This document shows positions 52,908-64,000 of a stretch of 64,000 nt of DNA, one piece after another. This stretch comes from Trichoplax adhaerens (lineage: Eukaryota > Animalia > Placozoa). Where the stretch lies: contig NW_002060950.1 of the NCBI RefSeq assembly GCF_000150275.1, forward strand, positions 1,104,106 to 1,168,105, given 5' to 3'. A program made the position numbers and the translations under genes. Below the pieces are notes generated by a model that saw nothing but the letters and a program-made list of their open reading frames with translations, made no database searches and was not told where the DNA came from. Each line of letters opens with the position of its first letter. Within the stretch, counting starts at the first letter, position 1.

Positions 52908-53503
52908 GTTGAGCTCACAATATATCAGCAACGTGACGGGGTGTAGGACTACTGAGTATACTGCATGTGATTCCATCCGATCCGAAAAAATAGGGTGCAA
53001 CGCTGTGCAATATGAAGGCAGACGATCAAGTGGCGAAAGTGATGGAACTGAATCAGGAGTAGTCTAGAGTCAAGTATCCAATCGACAATACTGTACAGTA
53101 TATATTGTTGAGCTCACAATATATCAGCAACGTGACGGGGGTGTAGGACTACTGAGTATACTGCATGTGATTCCATCCGATCCGAAAAAATGGGATGCAA
53201 CGTTGTGCAATATGATGGCAGACGATCAAGTGGCGAAAGTGATGGAACTGAATCAGGAGTAGTCTTGAGTCAAGTATCCAATCGACAATACTGTACACTA
53301 TCCACCATACTGTACAGTATATATTGTTGAGCTCACAATATATCTGCAACGTGACGGGGTGTAGGACTACTGAGTATACTGCATGTGATTCCATCCGATC
53401 CGAAAAAATGGGATGCAACGTTGTGCAATATGATGGCAGACGATCAAGTGGCGAAAAGTGATGATGGAACTGAATCAGAGTAGTCTTGAGTCAAGTGTCC
53501 AAT
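52908..53503. repeat. Tandem triplication (periods 199 and 219 bp) upstream of FAM136A
   Basis: GTTGAGCTCACAATATATC.GCAACGTGACGGGG at 52908, 53107 and 53326. Copies are highly similar, with small indels. Confidence 0.95.
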
Positions 53504-53731
53504 AGGCTAGTTTGGTCGTGACAAGGCGCTAGTCGAACTGTCCGACCGTCCGAGTCGAGTGTCTCTTCTACACTTGTGTACACTTTCCACTATAGTGTAC
53601 AGTATACATTATCGACTTGGATTGCAGCCAAAGTGGCCTTACTGAGTCAGCGTAGTCTGGTAGACAGACCGGTAAGTGCACATTGCATCATCTTAGCCAT
53701 TGGCCTGGTGTCCATCTTTGATCGTTGGTTA

Positions 53732-55295
53732 ATGATGGAGAGTGTTGCATCTCGTGCATCCGCTGCTTTGGAAGAAGTTGTTAAAGAAGTGGAAGATCGC
53801 TATATTCGAAAATTACAGGTCAGTTTAGCCATAGCAGTGGAGATAGACGATGCGATCATCATCTGATGAATGACGACAATTCATCATGATCAATCATCAA
53901 GCACGATCGAGACTAACTGGATGGCCAAGAATGTCTCTTTTCTCCATAGGCAGATTGTAGAATGGTGTCCTGTGTGGTCGAGGTTATTTTCCCTTCGATC
54001 GGTCTGGATAGTCAAAACTTTGATCATGCGATAGCCGATTGATTGATTGATTGAGATAGTCTTGGCGATAATCTATAGCCACTCAATTTTCATTGATGTG
54101 ATCGTAGCCCAATTGAACTTAGCATATATTGGAGATGTGTGTGCTTAAGGTTAATGGGACTTACTTTTGTAGGGCAAAGCTTACAGATGTTGTGCAGCTT
54201 GTTGTGAAAACAAATCTCTAACTGGCCATCTTGTACAAGACTGCGTAACCAATTGCGTTAGTGATGTCAATAGGGCTCAAGAAATTTGCAATCAAGAATT
54301 TGGTAACTTTCAGGTAAATATGCCTACATCATTAGATCGCAATAGAGTTACCACTACTATTTCACTAGTACTGGTATTGAAATGACTCTTATCATCAGAT
54401 CTTACTTTGCTCTAGTAACAGTCCTTTTCCATCATGTCGATAGTAATCATTTAGCGCAAGCAGAATGGCTCAACGCATTTGCCACGTACAATGCTAGGCA
54501 AATTGTTAGGGTTATAGTCTTGGCTTTAGAATTGCCATTAAAAATAGTGTAAACATACACGAACGACGATGGTGCATGTCTCGATCTTAGAAGTGGAGGA
54601 TTACCGTACGATAATCTTTCAATCCTATTTTACAGTATGGATTCAATCGGCCGGCGATCAACCTTTTAGCATACAGATGACTAGGAAAAACAAATGGTAG
54701 AGCAAGTGACAGATCCTTTTCATAGTGCATTGCTAGTGTACAGTACGTATACTAACCTAGGTAGAATTAGCTTACGATCAACATTCGTACAACTTAATGG
54801 ATAATCATACAGCAGTGTGAGCTATCTTGAGAAAGTTATCGAACGTGACGATGATGTGCAAGCCAGTCTGCATGTTGCGCCTGCAATAAATAGCTATCGT
54901 AAATCGCGGTCGATATCAATATCATTGCTCTGAATAATCTCCTTAGTCATACAGTACTAAATTATGGACCGTATATTCGGTGGATCTTGCTGAGCAACCG
55001 GTGTTATTGCATACAGTATTACAACTTTGTCATTTGTTCTCAATGGTTTGATATAATGGGATAATAACACTATTGATTTAATCGCTTGCAACAGGAACGA
55101 CTTAATAGATGTGCGCTAGATTGCCAAGATAAAATTAAAGACAAAATGAGTAGCAACATGAATGACGTAGAAATGTCTAAATTAACTAAACAGATGGAAC
55201 AATGTTTTAGTGAATGCGTCGATACCCGAATTAAACTTTTAGCCAAAATGAGGAAAAGGCTAGCGTCTCAGTTGGATAAAATGGTTGATTTCTAG
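53732..55295 (+). CDS. FAM136A: Protein FAM136A (~142 aa), 3 exons
   Basis: Exons 53732-53818, 54173-54313 and 55095-55295: YIRKLQ/GKAYRCCAACCE...VQDCVTNC...EFGNFQ/ERLNRCALDCQDKIKD...EQCFSECVD. Twin CX3C pattern. Confidence 0.93.
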
Positions 55296-57386
55296 TCATT
55301 GGAGTACTATCAAGTCTTGGTTCTGAGATATATGGATTATTATTTCCTTTCTAACCTTTATGGATTTAAAAATATCGCATGTGCAATGCTCAAATCATTA
55401 GATATCCTTGCTAACTGTCTCGAGTACAAACTTTTTTATGTCGTTCACGCGGACTTGATCTTTTGGATCCAGGTCAACTGTAATTTTACATATATGGATA
55501 ATATGATACGCTTTTCTGGATTGTAGATGTTATTTAATTTAAAAGTGAGTTGAACTATACATACAGTACATCAGTTTCTTGTCGGTAAGCATTTTTAAAG
55601 TTGATGCTTTTAAATTTTTTAAGTTAGAGCATTATAAAGTTCCTTCATGAATAATTTTGTTGTGACACAATTAGAGTGAGTTTCTATTTCCGTTATAAAT
55701 TGAGTAAAATTTTTTTCGGCAATGTTGAACATCAATATAATATCATGTTCAGTGACACTTTAAATCGATGCGACTATAGGCAGTAGTTCACATCCCAATT
55801 GATATGTTAATCGTCGATTTAAGAATCCTCCACTGATAATGGTAATTAAATCAAGAAAATAATTCTTTCTCACGGCTTTGTTACACGTATATTGCGATAA
55901 TACTGCAAGTGGTAGAAATCAATCTATGATAGAATTACTTCATCAGATAAGTTGTAAAAAAATGATACTTATACACAGTATAAACTACATACTTACAATA
56001 TAAATCTTGTAAACCTTGCTTTTCATTTTCGATAGCTAATTAATTACATCACGCTTATAATTTAATATTTGAAGTTTATATATTGTCTACACCATTGGAA
56101 TTTAGTATTTTTAGGGCAGATGAAGTATGTTCAGAAAAATTCTTTCCAGTCTACTTACTAATTGTGCTACACGACAATTACGCATTAATTTAATTCTCAC
56201 CCAAGAATAATCCGATGTATTGTAAAATGGAAATCGATGCCCTAGATAACTGTCTAAAAAATAGTCGGCAGTATTAACGGAATTTTATGCAAAACTAGTT
56301 TATAAAGTACAGTACAGTATATGCACAGTATTATCCGTCGCTTTCTTGATTTATCTCTATTTACTAACGTACTAAATTGTTGACTATCTGACATCTCAAA
56401 GATACTGAAATCACTATGATACAGATTCAACAAATACAATACTAGAATTCTTTTTTCTTGTAATAAATAATAAGTACAGTTTTCGTTCTTGAACAAATGA
56501 ACGATGAGAATGATATTTTAGAGTAAGACCAGGTGCGCTGTTGCTGTAGTATGTAAGACTTTATAGTTATTTCAGGAAGTTAATCACGGCGCAGCATTTT
56601 ACAATAACTTTTTTAGCTATTCTGCCGGAACCTGTTATATTCTACAGCTCCGTCTTCTATGTAATCTCAGTCGTAGTGCCTACATTATCCAGTAGATATT
56701 TCCTTTTCGAAAACTAAAGGCATTTCAGAATAGAGTAGATTAGCTACTGATACAAGCAATCAAACACGATAAGAGTTCGTCGGTATTCATGTCCTATTGT
56801 ATTGGGAGGCCAAATCTGATAGTATGCTCGTAGTGTTTAGTTTTCTGTAGTATTTTTAATTTTATTATTACAAATTTTGATCTGTAATATGTAGCATATT
56901 TAAAGATACTTCAGTTATTTTTGCTCACAAAGTATGCCAAGTTATCAATTCCATACTACGGTACTACGTAAATCACTTCCAAGGCAGTATACTTATTGAA
57001 ACCTTATACGGTAAATTTAGCCGTTACTTGCACTTTCAGGAGATTTCCTCTTACATGTATATTATTATATTTGTGAATATAACAAAGATTAGTCCATAAT
57101 TAAGCAATATGCAACGAACAGAAAACAGATAAGGTGGCAACAGTAATCAGGAAAACAACCGAAATCTACGGAAATTTTATTTTATTGTATTGATGCTGGC
57201 AATATTACCTAACCGTCAGCAGAGATATAATAAGGGTTTAAATTATTTCTCGATTATGCTATTAAGTAGATCAACAATACATGTTTGTCCACTAGATATG
57301 AGTATCAGAATTTAAATTTCGTAATATTGGTAAGAAGATTCCAACACAAATGTTACGGTATACAGCGACAGCAATCGCTAGGCAAT

Positions 57387-60300
57387 TCAATAATCTGATT
57401 TACTTAAAGTTATAACTTTGCTAACAAGCTTTTTAGATTGATCTCCTCGCGTGAGTTCTATAGCATCTCCAGTAATTTCAGGCAGACCGCCTAATTCTTT
57501 CCTTATTTCTACCATTGCATTGACTACGTAATCCATTTGCGATTTACTTATGGCACGATTTACAGTAAAGCGCATTCGGCCATGACCTAAAATATGAAAG
57601 TGTAAGATAAAATGACTTACGATCTCTCATATTCAATTCGTTACAGAATCGTTATCGAGTAAATAAATATTTGGTCTGTTCTTCTCGAATAAGTCTCTAA
57701 AGTAAATTATCAATCACCAGGGTATTTTACTTGAGTTAAATAGATGTTTATGATAAATAAAATATATTCTAAATACGAATACTTTAAATTTGCATCGATA
57801 AATCGAAATTAATGTAACATTTTCTTGTGATATGAGGGCCATTAATAATAAGTGTGGCTTAATGTTATCTAGTAATAATTCATAAAATTTTTGATTGCGA
57901 TTATCTTCCATTACTGATAATTATATCATGAGAGCTGAGTAGGATGATCTCAGTTTTTTAATATAATATTAATATTAGTCAAGACGAACCTTTTGGTACG
58001 GCTGGAAAGCGAACACCAACACCTATGATTCCACGTTCTAATTTAATATAAAGATAAACATGGAATGAATCAGTTAGCTCTAGGAGTATTCATATCTCAT
58101 TAACTTCTTAGAATAGTATCATCTCAGGAGAGCGGGATCATAAATATACGGTGAAGTAACGGCACATATGATTATTAAAGTCTTATCACATATGCCGTTC
58201 GGTGACGTTATTACTTTGTAGACATTTACGTCCGATTTGTAGAAAATATTTTTATGGTATATGTAATGAAATCAATACATCAAATTTCTAAATTCACGAA
58301 TCATCAAGTTCTGTTAGTGTCTAAGCTATAATAATACAAACTGGCTCCAAAATTTACATTATTTTAATATTAAAAAGTAAAATCTCTAGGTTACCACAAT
58401 AGCAATAATTTTTTGAGTGAAAATCAAAATTGCTTTTCCTATCCTATATATATTGAGATATAACACACTGTAACGAGGCCATAAGTATCAAAATCTCACC
58501 TAATAGTCTATCGTAAACCTCGTAAACAGTTCTTTCTGATCCAATAATAATTGGGACAACGCCTGCCTCCATAATACCCTATCAATTTATGCAATTTCAA
58601 AAGAATCCTCACAAAACTATTGGTACCGGAATATTACAACCATTTTTATGTAATCTCGTCCAAAGTATTAATGATAAATTGATAATAAACTAATAAACTT
58701 TATATCCTTTTACGATATTACCCCATAAAGGTTCAATATAATCCAGCTACTTAGAATCAAGTACTATACTAATGGTTGAGACTAAATAGTACTACTTACG
58801 GATGTGGTATAATAATTATTTTTAAATTTTCTACTAAATCATAACTTACTATATGTAGAAATATAGCATATACATGCGTAATTAAACATTACTAACAGGA
58901 AGATCGAATCCTTGAGATAAAAGATTTTTCTTGAAATAGATGATATTTTCCTGAAGCGTTTTAACATGTTCTGGCTCATCACTCATGATTTTGAACGACT
59001 AATTATAGTGAATGAGGAGATCAAGAATTAAACTTGAATAGTAATAAAGTTATCCAACATCATTTTGAAAATAATGGCATCAGAATCCTACTAACATTAG
59101 CATAACTTTATAGCAGATGAAATTTTAACTAACTTCTTTAATAGCTGCGCAATCGGCTACACTATTGAATGTACTCATAAACCACTGACGGCTTGTATGA
59201 CGAAGATAAGTAGTGAAATTTGCCGGTCCGCATACATAGCCACCATTACATCCAGAGCCTGCTTTTCCGCATGAGCCAGTTATAATATCAGAGTAATTTT
59301 TAACGCCATAGTATTCGTCCGTGCCTCTGGAATGAAGAAGTAAAGATATCATTAACAATTAACATATCATTAGGTGTATTTTTTTCTAGGTCACATCATA
59401 AGCTCTGATTATGTTTCGGCATACAGCTTTAAAACTGTTGCTAGAAAGTATTTGATAGAAATACACATATATACTATTTATTTATGATCATTACATGCGT
59501 CCGTTTATGCTCACATAGATATAAAATTATGGCCAATGCATTGACCCGGGACAAATACTGCATTATGATTAAGCAAAGCTATATGTTTCAAGTATATTTA
59601 CTACAAAGAAACAAATTTATTCATATTATAATGATTGTGGTACCAGTGCATAAATGTGCATTATCATTGTACTACTATTTACAGAGACGTTATGTAAATT
59701 TTCCAGTTTTAAGGTAATAGGTGCACCGTAAAAAACTAAATTAACTACTATGTCTACATACGTGAAAATAGTAACAGTAGTGGCAGCAACTGCTAAGTAT
59801 TGCAGGCTTTGAAACTGGTGTAAAAGTTCAATATTTTAGTCATAATGCAATCATAAGATCAATTTACAAGCTCGAAAATATTAAGCGATTAAATCAATTA
59901 GTAATAGCGACCGTTATCAGTAGTATGAAGTAAAGTAAATTTAGTTGTAATCTTTTTGACACTGACTTTAGTAAAAAATGATCGTCGTTTGAAAGGACTT
60001 AATAAACGCTACCATGTCATAAATGGAAAAGCTGTAACTTTTGACATCTTCTTAAACTTCCAGTATTACTGATATGATATACTTTGGATTTACTGTTTGT
60101 ACTTACAGTAGGCTATAATTCAGGCTATACAAACATAGTCTGAATCATATACAGTTATGTAGTTTTTAATAATAAATAGGTAAAAGAATACAATCAAATA
60201 ATAATAATACTGTGCTTGGAATATTTAATATAGGTCATACTTCATATTTAATCTGATAAATGATTCATTTACCTGCCGGTCGCCCCTATAACGCCAGCAC

Positions 60301-62578
60301 CATGGCAGTCATCATTAACAATGACAGCATTATATTTATCAGCTAATTCTCTCATTTTGCTAAAGTAAGTTTGTTGTAAGAAAAATAGAAGATAACGGTA
60401 TTAATATTTTATGCATTCTTATAAATATATCTAGCATTAATTTTTCGTTATTTTGTAGCAAATAATTGAGGCAAGGACTAAAATTTAATAATACTTGGAG
60501 ATAGATTACGTATGGAAATTACTTAAGTTCATATTGTGACATACTAATCTATCAATTGAGCTCGTTGTAGTATTTATATCAAAGAGTCTATAAATTTATA
60601 GTTATTTAAACATCTTGAGTTTACATTATATCGACTATGGTGCCCTCCATGGAAAATATGCCATCTGTAAAGATGAACGTTCTTCGAGGATTGAATTTTT
60701 GGCCTTCTATAAGCTTGGCTTCTAAATCTGAGATATCAAAATATTGCTATTAATAGCTTTATAAACTTGCATAATAGCGATTGTTAGTAAACCTTAATAT
60801 GAACAACAACTTTTGCTATGCTACAATATTAAAGTGACAAACTCATATTTTTAACTTTCAGTTCCTGAATTATTCCTAGCTTTAACAATTAGCTAGTCAT
60901 TGATTATTATACCTTTCATATCAAGTGTCTTATAGACCAATTTTTTAGCCGGAGATAATCTTACTCCCATAATAATACTTGCATGGTTATTGGCATCACT
61001 AATGATTAGATCATCCTTTGTTGCAACCGCAACTATAAACGTATTACCAAGATATAAGCTATTATATAGTACAGCATCTTCAGTACCATGATATCTGGCA
61101 ATTTCAGCTTCAGTTTCGCGGTGTATATCCTAAGTGAGCAATTTTAAAGAAGGTAAAAGTCAACTTTAGCTTATATCTATTAAGATTTACACAGATTATA
61201 TTTGCTATGATTATTTTTCAACATGAATTTAATATTTATCAGAAACACATAAACACCGCAGTCAGCTGAAATCATTTCATTCTCATATTATGATTAAAGT
61301 GAAGATACTGTTACTTTATATTATACCAATCCAATCAATTTTCCAGAACCACCAGTAGAGATAGTACTATGAGTATCTAATGCCTTTCTGATTGCACTAA
61401 AAATCCTTGGATGTCCCTAAAATTTTCATATGAATTAAATTTAATCGTTATTATTACAAGAATTGCCTGATATTAGATATTACAGCAGCCAAGTAAATAT
61501 TATTTGAAATCTATTTTCAGGATCGAAGAAAGAGCATTCTACGATATTGCTAATTCGCTCATGAACAACTAACATTCAACATGAGGTAAGAGTTGCTCAA
61601 CATGTTTATCATATTTTTTCCTTTTGTTGGTATCAAGTCTGCTCCCTTCATATCCTTCACTTGAACAGTGGTATGCCACCAGCCCATATCTTTATATTCT
61701 TGAAGACCTTTCGCACATTCTTCATCAAGTTTTCTTAGCGGCTTGGACCATTCAGCAGCTGCCGCTGTCGCATGTCTTATATGATTAGGAAGCTGAAATG
61801 CTGTAAATTTAATTAAAACCTTAATATGGTATGAGATAATTTACTACTTATAATGTAAAATTCACTGACGAAGCGTCATAAGAAATGAGTGTTAATAATA
61901 GTCAGTTAACAAGGAAGTTATAATATATTTTGTAGCAATAGTTATAGATTAATCTATTATATCAAATAATAAAAATTAGTATTGTAAAAAGGATTTTTTG
62001 AAGCTGTGATACTACTCTAGGAAAGTCATGTTTTGGATGGCAGAGCGATTTAAATCTGTATAGTAAATATAAATACCAATTACATAATAAAGGGTACTAG
62101 ATAATAGCAGGAGTAGATACTTTTTGTGGATATTTACTAACTTGTATATTTCTAAGTCGTTTAATCTGAAAAGATCTTCTAAACTGTTTAAATAAATAAT
62201 ACGGCATTGACGCAAATTAATAAAACCTCTGTTTGTACGTAATTTTATCAAGCTTTGCAAAATGTAGTACTGAATTTATAACAAATTCAGAATTACGCGC
62301 ATATGAGTAGAGAAGGTAGTGATCGATTTTCTATCAATTCTGGCTAGGCTGATACCAAAGTATTAATCTGTTATTTCAATTAACCTACACGATTATTTTT
62401 TCCCTTGCTAAAAGCCCAAGTAAATTAGTTTGAGACATAATTAATGAAATTATTTCTAGTGACAGTGTTCGTAATTTTACTGCTATAAGTTAAGTATATT
62501 ACTCTTATAAAGATTACATCAACCTTACTAAGATTTAAACGCTAGTTTCATACCTAATCTCTTAGTAGGAAGAGCCAT
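57387..62578 (-). CDS. PLP-dependent alpha-oxoamine synthase (class II aminotransferase), GCAT/KBL-like but divergent; probable mitochondrial presequence
   Basis: Spliced exons give SNSYLML/GHP, HRETEAEIARYHGTEDAVLY, IISDANNHASII, FTDGIFSMEG, VNDDCHGAGVIGATGR, IITGSCGKA (PLP lysine), FPAVPK/GHARMR. Putative first exon ~62554-62578 (MALPTKRL) splices in phase to AFQLPNHIRHATAAA; this exon is less certain. Confidence 0.85.
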
Positions 62579-64000
62579 TGATTTACAGGACGATTCTTCT
62601 AATTACCTCTTTGGCAATGTTAAACACCTTGGCTAAAAATCGATGAAAATGCAGTGATATGATGGCAATACTGCAGAATTTATACCTGAACAGGTGGTAT
62701 GAACATTGAGCTAAACCTTGTGGTCAAATTACAGTTATAGAGTTTGTAAACAGGAGGTATGGGATAGTAATACTATAGAAGATGAAAATTGACCTATGGA
62801 CCGTATAATTGATCAAATGATCTTCGATCAGATTTTAACCTAACCAAGAATAGCGGAATGTCTGTTATAGGTGGGTAATAAAGTAACAACTGATACATCA
62901 ATGCTTTTTAATAATTTTAATGGTATTTATCAATCTGCATAATGTTCTACCTCGTATTTTAGATTTCAGCAACAAATTCAGAATTTTATAGCAGTCTATA
63001 ATTAATTAATATATAATATGTATCGTACATAGCTTGACCGTCTCTATAGTTCTAAAGATCAGATTGGAGCGCGCTACGACTCAATTTTTTCAGTTTTATC
63101 CTCCATTTTGGTTTAATAAAGATACTGACCCCTATTTACTACTTGCAGCTAATAAATTTAATGTATTGCTAATCGATGATGACGATACCAGCATGTTTTT
63201 TGACTTACTAGGGTTCAAAGTTCAGACCCGGAATATATCTACATAAACAATTTTATTTTTTAGACTTTGTGCGTTGTAAATACTGGTACAGTAGCATGGG
63301 GGGGGGGTTGCCACTTACAAGTGTCAAACTATATCAAGGAGCAATTGCTAAGGAGTTCATGAGGTATAGGTAAAGAAAGAAATATATCGAGCCAAATTGA
63401 TACCATTTTTGCAATTACGTGCATGAGCGTAAGCTTTAGATTATTTAGGCTAGAGATATGGCTATGACGCGTTAATCATTTATGTATCGTTAAGCTTGCT
63501 GATCATCAAGATAAACCATGTTGTAGTAAATCTAGTCAACAGACATTATAGCAAAAGCTTAGAAATATTTACTAGTTGGTGCTAATTCAGAAAATTGACG
63601 ATATTCCAATTTTATTTTGTCTACCTAACATGAAATTGAAACCAAGCATAAGATATGCATAGTCATGATGATTTAAACCTTTAATTACCGATTACGTCAT
63701 GATGCCGCGGTACTATGCAGCTAATGTTCCTGAATTTACCGGTATACATCGAATATAGCATAAGCATGTCAACAGGATTATCCTGTTATGAACGACTTTT
63801 AGCAACCCATTACATCTACGGATATGAGTAAATCGGCTGATGCTTGTTTACCTAAGTAAAGAGCGAATATGCTAATAAAATCAATTAAACAGTATACATA
63901 AAACAATATCTCAACATATACAGTAGTATCGGTAATTTTATAAAGTGACTCTTACAATTTATAAAAAATTACGAATATCTACCCAGATAACTTAAATGAT

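Noticed and set aside
51334-53418. Several 60-95 aa ORFs between TMED9 and FAM136A
   Set aside because: They derive from tandem repeats and indels between copies break the frames.
53672-53696. GTAAGT...TTAG 25-nt micro-intron in the FAM136A 5' UTR
   Set aside because: Far below the intron size seen elsewhere in the window; unsupported without transcripts.
1-64000. tRNA, rRNA or U12-type introns
   Set aside because: No cloverleaf, rRNA-like block or RTATCCTT donor at a real exon boundary was seen by eye; tRNAscan/Infernal would be needed to exclude them.

Overview
AT-rich, intron-dense eukaryotic DNA from a compact animal genome. Short GT-AG introns and the gene set suggest a placozoan (Trichoplax-like); the taxon is my inference. 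Nine conserved spliced host genes can be assembled by eye, and they alternate strand perfectly: INPP5F/Sac2(-, runs off the left edge), ZFYVE27/protrudin(+), LMAN2/VIP36(-), UVSSA(+), a SorCS-like Vps10 receptor(-), MED24(+), TMED9-like p24(-), FAM136A(+) and a divergent GCAT-like oxoamine synthase(-). A three-part ISL2EU (PIF/Harbinger-type) transposon-derived module at 27.6-33.7 kb sits between UVSSA and the Vps10 gene. It comprises an intact spliced SWIM+YqaJ gene with lost catalytic residues, a convergent intact DDE transposase gene with no THAP domain, and a frameshifted second transposase copy. This is the best candidate for an undescribed system: a co-domesticated two-gene transposon module. 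The second striking pattern is promoter architecture. Three of the four head-to-head intergenic regions carry dense (TACTG)n pentamer tracts and locus-specific 200-320 bp units repeated about three times. Two of them share an exact 13-mer, and a GC-rich run of four hairpins lies upstream of MED24. Exon boundaries and percent identities were read manually and are approximate.
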